Assembly: GCA_945906275.1 (NCBI GenBank)
Contig: CAMDRA010000001.1
Span: 8,504-72,503, forward strand
Reading direction: 5' to 3'
Source of the DNA: Dongia mobilis
GTDB lineage: Bacteria; Pseudomonadota; Alphaproteobacteria; Dongiales; Dongiaceae
DNA: 64,000 bases
Positions 10,903 through 20,705 of this stretch are shown in pieces. A program made the translations under genes and the position numbers. The notes beneath the pieces were generated by a model. That model searched no databases. It was given only the letters and a program-made list of their open reading frames with translations, and had not been told where the DNA came from. Every line of letters starts with the position of its first letter. Position 1 is the stretch's first letter.

Positions 10903-10923
10903 ATTTCATTCATCATATGAAAT
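10903..10923. promoter_or_regulatory. candidate operator palindrome ATTTCAT-N7-ATGAAAT in the xylF / ROK-regulator divergent region
   Basis: Perfect 7-bp inverted repeat read directly from the sequence. It overlaps a second dyad GAAAT-N9-ATTTC (10891..10909). ACGAAAT recurs at 10791 and 10889. Confidence 0.35.
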
Positions 10924-10976
10924 AAAAAGAGCACTTGCCGCGCGACGGCCTGCTTGGGGAATGGCACTGATACGTG

Positions 10977-12164
10977 ATGGACAAGATCGACCTCGACCAT
11001 AGCCAGCCGCTCAACCGCCACCGCATCCTGCAGGCGGTACGGCTGCATGGCCCCCTGGCGCGGGTCGATCTCGGTGCAATCGTGGCGCTGAGCCCGGCTA
11101 GCGTTTCCAGCATCACAGGCGATCTGATGCGCGACGGCCTCATCCGGGAGGTACCCGGCAAGGATGCCGGCCGCGGCCGCGGCCGCCCCAAGGTGATGAT
11201 CGAGCTTACCCCCACCGCCGCCTGCATGATCGCGGTGAAGCTCTCGATCAACCGCATCGAAGTGACCCTGGGCGATTTTACCGGCGGCATCGGCCCCTTG
11301 CAGGTGCGGGCGCTGAACACGCTGGAATTGACTGATTCCGGCCTGGTCGAGGCCCTGGCCGAGATGATCGAGGCCTGCATCGCGGCGATCCCCTCGGAGT
11401 TCGGCCCGCTCACCGGCATCGGTCTTGCTGTCCAGGGGCTGGTGCACAAGCACGAGACCCTGGTCTGGTCCCCCGCCCTCACAGTCCGCAACGTGAATAT
11501 CGCCGCCCCTCTGGCGCGGCGCTTTCACCTGCCTGTCATCGCCATGAACGATGCCGATTGCATCGCCGTTTCCATTCGCCACCGGCCGGAATTGCAGGCG
11601 GTCGAGAATCTTGCCGTGGTCATGCTGGGTGCCGGCGTCGGCATGGGCCTCATTCTGGGCGGCAAGCTGCATTCGGCGAGTTCCGGCGCGGGTGCCGAGT
11701 TCGGTCACACCAAATACCAGCTCGACGGGCCGCTCTGCCATTGCGGCCGGCGCGGCTGCATCGAAAGCTTCGTCGGCGATTATGCGCTCTATCGCGATGC
11801 GCGCTCCATGCTCGATCTGCCCAACACCGATGCATTGCATCCCTCCGATGATCAGATGCAGGCGCTGGTCGAACTGGCCCGCAGCGGTCATCCGGTCGCC
11901 ACCAGCCTGTTCCAGCAGGCCGGCCGCGCGCTTGGCTATGGTCTTTCCAACCTCATCGCGCTGATCGGCCCCGACCTCGTGCTGATCACGGGCAGCGGCG
12001 TGCGCGGCTATGCCGAGATGGAGGATGAAATGCGCCGCAGCCTGGAAGAGGCGCTGGTGGACACGCTCCTCGAACAGACCGAAATCCGCGCCTATCCCTG
12101 GGACGAGGATCTCACCATCCGCGGCATCGTCCTCCAGGTGCTGGGCGGCGCCAAGGCTGGCTGA
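10977..12164 (+). CDS. ROK family transcriptional regulator (XylR/NagC-like)
   Basis: N-terminal winged-helix region (NRHRILQAVRLHGPLARVDLGAIVALSPASVSSITGDLMRDGLI) followed by a ROK sugar-kinase-like domain with the CHCGRRGCIE zinc motif. It is divergent from the xyl transporter. Confidence 0.85.
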   Translation: MDKIDLDHSQPLNRHRILQAVRLHGPLARVDLGAIVALSPASVSSITGDLMRDGLIREVPGKDAGRGRGRPKVMIELTPTAACMIAVKLSINRIEVTLGDFTGGIGPLQVRALNTLELTDSGLVEALAEMIEACIAAIPSEFGPLTGIGLAVQGLVHKHETLVWSPALTVRNVNIAAPLARRFHLPVIAMNDADCIAVSIRHRPELQAVENLAVVMLGAGVGMGLILGGKLHSASSGAGAEFGHTKYQLDGPLCHCGRRGCIESFVGDYALYRDARSMLDLPNTDALHPSDDQMQALVELARSGHPVATSLFQQAGRALGYGLSNLIALIGPDLVLITGSGVRGYAEMEDEMRRSLEEALVDTLLEQTEIRAYPWDEDLTIRGIVLQVLGGAKAG

Positions 12165-12176
12165 TATCCCGGCAGC

Positions 12177-13733
12177 TCAATGCAGGCGATCTGTCACGTC
12201 GATGAACTGATAGGGATGACTGCGGTCCTTGAACAGGAAACTGCGATCCGGAAGCGGCGGCAAGTCACTACCAAAATAGCGCGCAAAGATTTGGCGGTAG
12301 AGGTTGACCGGCGTTGCCCGGGGGGCCAGCGGCAAGTCTCCGGGCAGAACGCCCTTTACCGCCAGCAGAATGAGCATCTTTTCGTGGAGCTGCTCGGTAC
12401 TGGCGGTTGTCCAGTCGGCATTGCTGGTGTCGAGACCGAGCGAGGCCTCGTCGCCAGCCAGGGCCTCGGGCCATGGACCCTCGTCGGCCTGCACGATCAC
12501 CACCGACGGTCGGTCAGACGCGGCAATCGTGTCCAGCAAGGCGAGAATGCGCTGGTTGGCATAGGTCACCTGAGCCACATAATTTTCGACACGGCTGAGT
12601 GCCCGCGCTTCCGCCAGGGATTTGCAGGTGCCGTCGGCCTTCATGACAAAAGGCGGATGCGGCAACAGGAGATGCGCGAAGACCTGCTTGCGCCCTGAAC
12701 TTTTGTCTTCTCGCGCCAGCCGGTCCAGGCCGTCGAACTGGAATTGCACGCGCCGGCATTGATCGCTGCGGCCATCCCCCGGCATCAAGCCGGTCGCCGC
12801 CGCCACATGACTGAGGAGCGAGCGTTCCAGGGTGAGGCGCAAGAAGTCCGGCATATCGAGATAGTTGACATGGGTATCAGCCAAATCGCTGCGGCGCGTC
12901 GGCTCCCACCACGGACCGAAATGGATCAGGCGATAATCCCGCGCCTTGAGAAAGCGGGCCGCGCGATTGTTGCGGATGCTGCGATAGAGCGGCAGCAGAT
13001 CGTCCTGCATCATTCCGCCCTGAGCGGCAAACACATCGAGAAAATCGAGATTGAGCGTCGACGCCAGAGAGTGCGCCGTGCGCTGGTAGTTGGCGGCTGC
13101 TGCATTGGCCACGGCGAACCCGCGCGATCGCAGGGCAGCCAGGAATGGCTCATTGTCGTAGGCATAGACCTCGCGCAACGTCTCGGCACCGGCATAGCGG
13201 TCGAACACGAAATGCCAGATATCCGGCCCATCCGTGACTTTGTTTGCGCTGGGGATATCCGGAAACAGAGCATTCGGCGCTGGCCTTGACCCCAGCGCAC
13301 CATAGGAAAACTGGACAATCGCCATCGTCGGTACAATCAGGAGCCCGATCAGCAGGCTGTTGACGACGATGTTGGCGAGTCGGTAGTCGCTGCGTGATCG
13401 GCGTGACTGCACGATGAAGTAGACCGTCAATCCAAGCACGGACAGCATCACCAGCCAGCCCAGCACGCCGGCTTCGCCCGGCTTGGCAATTGCGGGCGGC
13501 AGGATGAAGAGAACATAGAGGATTGCTGTGCCGCACATGGCGGCTTTCGGCCAACTGCCCACGACCCACCGCAGCAGCAAAGTCAGTGCCGCAACAAAGC
13601 CCAGCACAACGCCTGCCACCACGCCGATTTCATAGGTTTCCAGCTGCGCGATATTGCCGGCTGCATAGGGAATGAACAGGTTGAGGCCGGCAAGAAATGG
13701 CGCCAGCGGCCAACGCGCAAGGATCTCCCTCAT
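12177..13733 (-). CDS. membrane alkaline-phosphatase-superfamily (sulfatase-like) protein, paralogue A
   Basis: About 5 N-terminal TM segments, then PDIWHFVFDRY..NYQRTAHSLASTLNLDFLD..HLLLPHPPF..VQADEGPWP. By eye about 45% identical to the upstream gene product. ATG at 13733 with ACGGAGAA upstream. Confidence 0.7.
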   Translation of the reverse strand: MREILARWPLAPFLAGLNLFIPYAAGNIAQLETYEIGVVAGVVLGFVAALTLLLRWVVGSWPKAAMCGTAILYVLFILPPAIAKPGEAGVLGWLVMLSVLGLTVYFIVQSRRSRSDYRLANIVVNSLLIGLLIVPTMAIVQFSYGALGSRPAPNALFPDIPSANKVTDGPDIWHFVFDRYAGAETLREVYAYDNEPFLAALRSRGFAVANAAAANYQRTAHSLASTLNLDFLDVFAAQGGMMQDDLLPLYRSIRNNRAARFLKARDYRLIHFGPWWEPTRRSDLADTHVNYLDMPDFLRLTLERSLLSHVAAATGLMPGDGRSDQCRRVQFQFDGLDRLAREDKSSGRKQVFAHLLLPHPPFVMKADGTCKSLAEARALSRVENYVAQVTYANQRILALLDTIAASDRPSVVIVQADEGPWPEALAGDEASLGLDTSNADWTTASTEQLHEKMLILLAVKGVLPGDLPLAPRATPVNLYRQIFARYFGSDLPPLPDRSFLFKDRSHPYQFIDVTDRLH

Positions 13734-13746
13734 GGCGGGTTCTCCG

Positions 13747-15348
13747 TCACCTTGGCAACCGTTCCGTCACATCGACGAAATCATAGATCGATTCATCGCT
13801 GTGATAGATGAAATGGCGATCGGGCAAAGGCTCCAGCGGCAGGTCGAAATAGCGCCTGAAGATCATGCGGAAGACATTGACCGGTGATGCCGGCAGTGGA
13901 TCTTCCGCCGACGCGGTGGATTGCTGATCCTGCGGCAGATGGATCGCCATCAGGATGCCCATCTTGAGATCGAGCTGTTCCGGCGAGAGCGTGGTCCAGT
14001 CGACCATTTCGCTGCTGGCGAAAGTGGCTGGCTTCAGGAGTTTCATGGTCTGCGGCCACGGTCCTTCATCTGCCATGAGCACGATCACGGCCGGTCGTGG
14101 CCCCGCCTGGATGGCATCGATCAGCCTGGTGAACTGCGTGTTGGCGACCTTCACGCTGTCGACATAGGGCGCTGCCGCTGGCCGCGCATTCGCTTCGGCG
14201 CGGTCAAGGCAACGACCCTGCTCATCCACGACAAAGGGTGGGTGGGTGATCAGGAGATGCGCCAGCACATATTTCCGCTCATCGCGCCCGGCCAGCGTGA
14301 CAAGATCGTCAAACTGGCGCTGCAGCCGCTGGCAATGGGCATACCAGCCGTCGATGGCGCCGAACCCGGTGGCATAGGCCAGTTGCCCGGGCACCGTCAC
14401 CGTGAAGAGACGTTGGCCGAATTCGGGCATATCGAACACATTGAAATGTCCATCGGCGTAAGGGTCGCGCCGGGTCGGCTCCCAATGCGAACCCAAGCGG
14501 TAGATCCGGTAGCCGGCCCGGTCGAGGAAACGGCTGACGCGATTGTCCGTCAGGGTCCGATAGAGCGGCCGCCAGTCGCGCCCATCAATTTCGGTGAATT
14601 GGGAGAAGGCATCGAGATAATCGAGATTGAGCGTCGAGGCCATGGAGACGGCCGTGCGCTGGTAATTGGCATGAGCGCCGTCGACAATGGTGAAACCATT
14701 CTCACGCAGGGTTGCCAGAAAGGGGCCGTTGTCGAAGCCGAACTTGCTGCGCAGGATCGCTGCATTGCTGTACCGGTCCGGCACCAGATACCAGATATCC
14801 GGCTGGTTCCGGAGAGACGCCGCGGTGGTTGCGGGCGTCGGCAGATCCGGAAAGATCTCACTTGCCGCAGCAATGGTCGCGCGGCTTTCCGCCGCCCAGT
14901 TGCCGAGCTGCCAGATGTCCGGCAACGGCACGACTAGGACAATGGCATTCAAGGCAAGCGTGAGGCCAGCCGCCCGCGTCGGGCTGCGCCACAGGCGCAG
15001 CAGCACGATCAGCAGCAGCAGGGTGGCGCCGGCAAAGATCGCGACGCTGAGGCTGTTGCTCGGCTCCAGCCAGAACAGAAGGCTGGGTTCATAGAGAAGA
15101 TAGAAAAGAATGGCGCTGGCCGCCACCGCACCGCGACGCCAACTGCCATAGAGCGGACGCAGCAGCAGGACAAGGAGAGGCGCACCCAGGACCAGTGCCA
15201 GCATGACCCACAGCACGCCTGCGATATCCGCTTCGTAGCGATTGCGCGCATAGACGGCGAGGGCGAAGCAGAGCGGCAGGAGCAAGGGGTGAAACGGCAG
15301 TCGCGCGAGTGTGCCGTCGCGGGGGACGGGCTTTCCCGCGACGCTCAC
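13747..15348 (-). CDS. membrane alkaline-phosphatase-superfamily (sulfatase-like) protein, paralogue B
   Basis: Same architecture and motifs (PDIWYLVPDRY..NYQRTAVSMASTLNLDYLD..HLLITHPPF..LMADEGPWP). The GTG start at 15348 overlaps the methyltransferase stop (GTGA). Confidence 0.7.
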   Translation of the reverse strand: MSVAGKPVPRDGTLARLPFHPLLLPLCFALAVYARNRYEADIAGVLWVMLALVLGAPLLVLLLRPLYGSWRRGAVAASAILFYLLYEPSLLFWLEPSNSLSVAIFAGATLLLLIVLLRLWRSPTRAAGLTLALNAIVLVVPLPDIWQLGNWAAESRATIAAASEIFPDLPTPATTAASLRNQPDIWYLVPDRYSNAAILRSKFGFDNGPFLATLRENGFTIVDGAHANYQRTAVSMASTLNLDYLDAFSQFTEIDGRDWRPLYRTLTDNRVSRFLDRAGYRIYRLGSHWEPTRRDPYADGHFNVFDMPEFGQRLFTVTVPGQLAYATGFGAIDGWYAHCQRLQRQFDDLVTLAGRDERKYVLAHLLITHPPFVVDEQGRCLDRAEANARPAAAPYVDSVKVANTQFTRLIDAIQAGPRPAVIVLMADEGPWPQTMKLLKPATFASSEMVDWTTLSPEQLDLKMGILMAIHLPQDQQSTASAEDPLPASPVNVFRMIFRRYFDLPLEPLPDRHFIYHSDESIYDFVDVTERLPR

Positions 15349-16751
15349 CTCATGCCGCCTTCCCGCTCATACCAGATCAGGAGGCGGCCGCCCGGCGAAA
15401 GCGATTCCTCCTGCTGGATGCGGGCACGACGCAAGACAGCGGCGCGAAAGGCTGCTTCGTCGTAATCCGGAAAGATATCTTCGCGGAGAGCCAGCAGGCG
15501 CTGCACCATCGGGTCGCTTTTCGGGACGAATTCGATGACGCCCTGGGGCGCCCGATCGATCAGCCAGGCCACCGCATCGTCCATCGGCACGTTGCGGCCG
15601 ATCACCAGATGATGAAGCAGCGCCAGCGCCAGCAGTCCATCGACGCGCGCGCGCGACGCGAACCCCTTGCGCTCGCTTTGCCCCCAGCCTTGATCGGGGC
15701 TGGGATTGGCGGCATCGAGCCAGAGCGGCAGGAAGGAGAGCCGCTCGCGCTGTGCGCGCGCAAAGGCGAGGTCAAGGGCGCCGAGGTCGAAGTCGAAGCC
15801 GATCACCGTGCCGGCGCCATGGGCCAGGGCCAGCGCCGAATAGTCGCCGGTATTGCAGCCGAGATCGATCAACCTTCCTGGCTTCACGGCCGCCACCATG
15901 CTGCCGACGAAGGCGCGCTTCCGTGCCGCCTCAGCATCGGCATAGCTGGTATTGCCGGCATAGTCGGACCAGACAGTCTGGCCGCCGCCGCGGGTCAACC
16001 CGGAAATGAAGTCGCGCAGCGACACCAGCATGTTGCGCAAGGCCGGCAACGGCAGCTGCGCCTGTTTCAGCTTCGCGTCGGATTTCCGCGCACCACCGAG
16101 AGCTCCGGACTGAAAGCGCGCCTGCAGGAAAACATGGGCGAGAATGGTCCAGGAGAATCTGTGCTTCCAGCGCAGCAGTCTTGCAAGGTCTGCAGTGTCG
16201 ATGCCGTCGATCTGCCCGCGCAGCCAGGCCAGCGGGCTGATGCCGAGCTTGGCTTCAAGCAGCAGCGGATTGAGAAACTGCATGCAGAACTGACGGTGGC
16301 CCGTCCAGATTTCGCCCGGCCGATAGGGCCGCAGCGACAGATGATCAATGAAGACCGGTTCCGGGCCCTGGAACTGAATGTTGTAGGCGCTGGCATCGCT
16401 GAGCGTGAAACCCTTGTCGAGGGCTGCAAGGTGAAGCTCAAGATGGCGCAGGGCTGCGGCGCGGCGCGCCGCGAACCCCCATTCATAGGGATAGGAAATG
16501 AACGGCAAGCGGGGATGTTCAAGCAGGTAGGCCGGTGCGGAACCAGGCAGCTTGACGCTGGCCGGGTCTATGTCACGTGCCTCCAGCAACAGGCCGCGGG
16601 CCGCAAGATCGGCGAGCAGGCCGGACTCGCGCAGGGCGCGATAGCTGCCGGCCGCTGGCGGCATCACCGTGCGGAGAATTCGCCCCTCATGTTCATAAAC
16701 ATGGCCACCAGGATCGCGGAACGATCCGGCGTCACGTACCGCGTCGGTCAC
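15345..16751 (-). CDS. class I SAM-dependent methyltransferase with ~200-aa N-terminal domain
   Basis: ORF 15345..16958. SAM motif LIDLGCNTGDYS..VIGFDFD, and an N-terminal SFRDPGGHVYEHEGRILR domain. Start assigned to GTG at 16751 because it forms a GTGA overlap with the stop of the small upstream ORF. Confidence 0.7.
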   Translation of the reverse strand: MTDAVRDAGSFRDPGGHVYEHEGRILRTVMPPAAGSYRALRESGLLADLAARGLLLEARDIDPASVKLPGSAPAYLLEHPRLPFISYPYEWGFAARRAAALRHLELHLAALDKGFTLSDASAYNIQFQGPEPVFIDHLSLRPYRPGEIWTGHRQFCMQFLNPLLLEAKLGISPLAWLRGQIDGIDTADLARLLRWKHRFSWTILAHVFLQARFQSGALGGARKSDAKLKQAQLPLPALRNMLVSLRDFISGLTRGGGQTVWSDYAGNTSYADAEAARKRAFVGSMVAAVKPGRLIDLGCNTGDYSALALAHGAGTVIGFDFDLGALDLAFARAQRERLSFLPLWLDAANPSPDQGWGQSERKGFASRARVDGLLALALLHHLVIGRNVPMDDAVAWLIDRAPQGVIEFVPKSDPMVQRLLALREDIFPDYDEAAFRAAVLRRARIQQEESLSPGGRLLIWYEREGGMR

Positions 16752-16987
16752 GATCTGCCCTTGTCGCCACCTTCGTCGGCACCATTCTTGCCGTCGCCTT
16801 TGAAGAACTGCTTCAGCTTGTACCAATAGAGCTTGATGACGATGAGTGCGCCGGTGACGGCGCCGATCACCGCCTGCAGGATGATGCTGCCGGTGCCCGG
16901 ATCCAGATAGGCCTGGGCGCTGCTGATACCGAAGCCGAGATAGGCCAGGGCAAGCCAAGGGGCCAGGCCGAATATGCGCTCAATCAT
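16748..16987 (-). CDS. small membrane protein (AYLDPGTGS motif), first gene of the operon
   Basis: ORF 16748..17053 trimmed to ATG at 16987. Sequence MIERIFGLAPWLALAYLGFGISSAQAYLDPGTGSIILQAVIGAVTGALIVIKLYWYKLKQFF has two hydrophobic segments and a basic/acidic tail. Stop is coupled to the next gene. Confidence 0.5.
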   Translation of the reverse strand: MIERIFGLAPWLALAYLGFGISSAQAYLDPGTGSIILQAVIGAVTGALIVIKLYWYKLKQFFKGDGKNGADEGGDKGRS

Positions 16988-17101
16988 CCAGGACCTCTTC
17001 GATGACAAACTGTGGCCGCAACGATAGGCGCATCGCCGCACGCCCGCAACCAACGCAACTTTCGGTAAATGCCGGACGTATCCGATGATGGCCGCCCAAG
17101 C

Positions 17102-17452
17102 TCAGGCTGCGGGCGGCAGCGCCGTTGGTGGCCGGCGCTCAAGCTGCTGGATGTCCGCCTTGGGTTGCGACTGCTGGCGGCGGAGCATGGCGATCTCGTC
17201 GCGCGCTTCCGCCAGAGCCCGGTTGGCGGCGCGCAGATGGTGGCGCGTGGCGCCGGCCGAGAACCAGCTGGCCAAGGCGCCGAAGAAGAAACCGACCACC
17301 GCCGTTGCAAACAGGAGAACCGACAGAATGAGCGGCGGCGTTTCCCAGGGCAGCGGCCACAGGCTCAACACCACTTCCTGCCGGTTCATCAGCACGAACA
17401 GGATCACCAGCAGGGCAAGGGGCAGCGTAACGATCCACAGAATGCGATTCAT
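17102..17452 (-). CDS. lapA: LapA-family (DUF1049) inner-membrane protein
   Basis: MNRILWIVTLPLALLVILFVLMNRQEVVLSLWPL..: two TM segments plus a coiled tail. It is in the conserved position downstream of ihfB. Confidence 0.7.
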   Translation of the reverse strand: MNRILWIVTLPLALLVILFVLMNRQEVVLSLWPLPWETPPLILSVLLFATAVVGFFFGALASWFSAGATRHHLRAANRALAEARDEIAMLRRQQSQPKADIQQLERRPPTALPPAA

Positions 17453-17561
17453 GGGCTTTGCTTCTATCCAACTGCCGCCATGGCGTTTCCGGCCAGCGCC
17501 CACCCGATCCAGTCGGTTACCGGTACCAGGCTATCAATGGCCCGGCTTGGCTAACCGGCCA

Positions 17562-17930
17562 TCAGTTGCTGGTGCCGGGTTCCTTGGCTGGCTGCGCCAC
17601 ACCCGGCTGCGCCGGTTCACTGCCGCTGCTGGCCTTGGGTGCTGGTTCTGCGCGGCTGTTGAGCCGGTCGCGCAATTCCTTGCCGGTCTTGAAGAAGGGC
17701 ACCACTTTCTCGTCCACCGCGACGGTTTCGCCGGTGCGCGGGTTGCGGCCCTTGCGGGCATCTCGCTGCTTCACCGAAAAGGCGCCGAAGCCGCGCAACT
17801 CGACACGGTCAGACCGCGCCAGCGCGTTGGTTATTTCCTCGAAGATGGCCGTGACGATGCGTTCCACATCCCGGTGGTAAAGGTGTGGATTAAGCTCGCC
17901 AATGCGCAGAATCAATTCCGATTTGGTCAT
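17562..17930 (-). CDS. ihfB: integration host factor beta subunit (with Pro/Ala/Ser-rich C-terminal tail)
   Basis: [91 protein letters not shown] is canonical IHF-beta. ATG at 17930. Confidence 0.92.
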   Translation of the reverse strand: MTKSELILRIGELNPHLYHRDVERIVTAIFEEITNALARSDRVELRGFGAFSVKQRDARKGRNPRTGETVAVDEKVVPFFKTGKELRDRLNSRAEPAPKASSGSEPAQPGVAQPAKEPGTSN

Positions 17931-18197
17931 GTTTTCGGTCCCCATCCGCCCCCGGCCTCTAACGGTCATTTTCCTTGCCCGCCAAGGCCATGGGCGCATC
18001 CCCTGCCCATATTGCGCGCAAGCGTGCCGGGAAAAATCGGCCTCGTCAAGGATAAGCCGCTCATTTCTCTATGTTTTTTGGCGAAAAGGGGCAGTTGGAA
18101 CGACAACTGGCCGGAAAGGTCGCCATTCCCGGCCCGTCGACACCCGTTTTGACACTGTTACAGCGTCAAGCGCGCAACAAAATTACTCAGATCTGAG

Positions 18198-19937
18198 TTA
18201 CTCGTCGTCGCCCTTTTTGGTCTTCTTGGCCTTGTTCAAGGCCGCACCCAGGATGTCACCGAGGCTGGCGCCCGAATCGGACGAACCGAACTCGGCCATC
18301 GCCTGCTTGTCCTCTTCCATCTCGCGCGCCTTGATCGAGAGCGTGAGCTTCCGGGTCTTGGCGTCGTTCTGGGTGACCTTGGCATCGACCTTTTCGCCGA
18401 CGGCGAAGCGGTCGGGACGCTGCTCGCCACGTTCGCGGGCAATGTCGATCTTCTTGATGAAGCCGGAGATGCCGTCGCCGACCGTGACTTCGAGACCACC
18501 ATCGGTGACCGCGGTAACGGTGCAGGTGACAACGTCGCCCTTCTTCAAGGTGCCGGCCGTCTCAGCGTAGTTGTCTTTCTTGAGCTGCTTGATGCCGAGG
18601 CTGATGCGCTCTTTTTCGATGTCGACATCGAGCAGCTTCACCTTGACCATCTGGCCCTTCTTGTAATCCTGGACGGCTTCTTCGCCCGGACGATCCCAAT
18701 CGAGATCCGAGAGGTGGACCATGCCGTCGATCTCGCCGGGGAGGCCAACGAACAGACCGAATTCGGTGATGTTCTTGATCTCGCCTTCGAGTTCGGAACC
18801 GGCCGGATGCTTGTCAATGAAGGACGACCACGGATTGTCCATGCACTGCTTCAAGCCGAGGCTGATGCGGCGCTTCGTGGGATCCACGTCGAGCACCATC
18901 ACTTCGACTTCCTGGCTGGTCGAAACGATCTTGCCCGGATGCACGTTCTTCTTGGTCCAGCTCATTTCGGAGACATGGACCAGGCCTTCGATGCCCGGCT
19001 CGAGTTCGACGAACGCGCCGTAATCGGTGATGTTGGTGACGCGGCCCTTGAGCTTCGCACCCACCGGGTACTTCGCGGCCACGCCTTCCCACGGATCAGC
19101 TTCCAGCTGCTTCATGCCGAGGCTGATGCGCTGGGTTTCCGGGTTGAAGCGCACGACCTGAACATTGACGTTCTGGCCGATGTGCAAGGCTTCGCTCGGG
19201 TGGTTGATGCGGCGCCACGCGATATCCGTGACGTGCAGCAGACCGTCGACACCGCCCAGATCAACGAACGCACCGTAATCGGTGATGTTCTTCACGACGC
19301 CCTGCAGAACCTGGCCTTCCTTGAGGTTGGCCACGAGTTCGCTGCGGGCTTCCGCACGGCTCTCTTCGAGCACGGCGCGACGCGAGACGACGATGTTGCC
19401 GCGCGCACGGTCCATCTTGAGGATCTGGAACGGCTGCGGCGTGCCCATGAGCGGGCCCACATCGCGCACGGGGCGGATGTCGACCTGGCTGCCGGGCAGG
19501 AAGGCGACGGCGCCGGAGAGGTCGACCGTAAAGCCGCCCTTCACGCGACCGAAGATCACACCGGTGACGCGCTGGTTGTCCTTGAACTGCTTTTCGAGGG
19601 CGGTCCACGCTTCTTCGCGCTTCGCCTTCTCGCGGCTCAGCATTGCTTCGCCGTTCTTGTCTTCCATGCGCTCGAGGAACACCTCGACCACATCGCCGAT
19701 CTTGATTTCGGCCTTGCCGGCCGGGCCACCGAATTCACGCAAGGCCACGCGGCCTTCGGACTTCAAGCCAACATCAATGAGGGCAAATTCGCCGTCGATA
19801 CCGACAACGGTGCCGGAGAGCACCGAGCCTTCGAGGCCCTGGGCAAAGCCCAATGATTCTTCGAGCAACGCCGCAAAGCTTTCCTTCGCAGCGGCAACTT
19901 CATGGGTGGCGACACGCGCCGTAGCTGATCTAGCCAT
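18198..19937 (-). CDS. rpsA: 30S ribosomal protein S1
   Basis: Six S1 repeats (e.g. GVVKNITDYGAFVDLGGVDGLLHVTD, GRVTNITDYGAFVELEPGIEGLVHVSE). Lies in the cmk-rpsA-ihfB order. Confidence 0.95.
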   Translation of the reverse strand: MARSATARVATHEVAAAKESFAALLEESLGFAQGLEGSVLSGTVVGIDGEFALIDVGLKSEGRVALREFGGPAGKAEIKIGDVVEVFLERMEDKNGEAMLSREKAKREEAWTALEKQFKDNQRVTGVIFGRVKGGFTVDLSGAVAFLPGSQVDIRPVRDVGPLMGTPQPFQILKMDRARGNIVVSRRAVLEESRAEARSELVANLKEGQVLQGVVKNITDYGAFVDLGGVDGLLHVTDIAWRRINHPSEALHIGQNVNVQVVRFNPETQRISLGMKQLEADPWEGVAAKYPVGAKLKGRVTNITDYGAFVELEPGIEGLVHVSEMSWTKKNVHPGKIVSTSQEVEVMVLDVDPTKRRISLGLKQCMDNPWSSFIDKHPAGSELEGEIKNITEFGLFVGLPGEIDGMVHLSDLDWDRPGEEAVQDYKKGQMVKVKLLDVDIEKERISLGIKQLKKDNYAETAGTLKKGDVVTCTVTAVTDGGLEVTVGDGISGFIKKIDIARERGEQRPDRFAVGEKVDAKVTQNDAKTRKLTLSIKAREMEEDKQAMAEFGSSDSGASLGDILGAALNKAKKTKKGDDE

Positions 19938-20026
19938 TAGAGGTAGTTCCTTTCACAAACATTTTTTCCGGCCAGCCGGTTGTCTCCGGCGGTCTTGGTC
20001 ACGCATTGAAAAATCGAAACCCGCAA

Positions 20027-20695
20027 TCAGCGCTTTAAGCGCTCATCAACGATCGCTTTGGCTTTCGCAAAGACCTGATCGATGTCGAGATCCGAGGTGT
20101 CGAGGTGCACGGCATCTTCGGCCGCTTTCATCGGGGCATCGGCGCGCGCTGTGTCGCGGGCGTCGCGGGCCTCGATATCCTCTAAAACCCGGGCGTATAT
20201 AGCCTTCTCGCCGCGCGCTTGCAACTCCTTGAGGCGCCGGTTGGCGCGGGCTGCGGCGCTGGCCGTCACGAAAATCTTCACCTCGGCATCGGGACAGATC
20301 ACCGTGCCGATGTCGCGGCCGTCAAGAACAGACCCAGAACGAGGGCTTCCATCCCCTGCCGGTTGTGGCTCGGCTGCGAATCGACGCTGCCAATCGAAGA
20401 GAGCGGCCCGGACCCCCGGGATGGCTGCCACCTTGGATGAGGCGTCGCCAGCGGCCGCCGAGCGCAGATCGGGATCCTGGAGCAGGTCCGCCGGCAGGTT
20501 TCTGGCGGCTTCCGTGGCGGCGACCGGGTCGCTCGGGTCCTTGCCCAGGCGCAGGACGCTGAGGCCCACCGCCCGGTAGAGCGATCCCGTATCGAGATAG
20601 GCAAGGTTGAAATGGGCGGCCAACCGCTTGGCAAGGGTCCCCTTGCCAGCCGCTGCCGGTCCATCAAGGGCGATGACGAAGGGTTTGCCGGTCAT
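20027..20695 (-). CDS. cmk: cytidylate kinase
   Basis: [51 protein letters not shown] matches Cmk. Confidence 0.92.
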   Translation of the reverse strand: MTGKPFVIALDGPAAAGKGTLAKRLAAHFNLAYLDTGSLYRAVGLSVLRLGKDPSDPVAATEAARNLPADLLQDPDLRSAAAGDASSKVAAIPGVRAALFDWQRRFAAEPQPAGDGSPRSGSVLDGRDIGTVICPDAEVKIFVTASAAARANRRLKELQARGEKAIYARVLEDIEARDARDTARADAPMKAAEDAVHLDTSDLDIDQVFAKAKAIVDERLKR

Positions 20696-20705
20696 TCCGA
20701 AACAC

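Noticed and set aside
10958-10975. TGGCAC-N5-CGTGA read as a possible sigma-54 promoter, given rpoN in the window.
   Set aside because: The -12 element does not match TTGC(A/T). The site also abuts the ROK start codon, leaving no leader.
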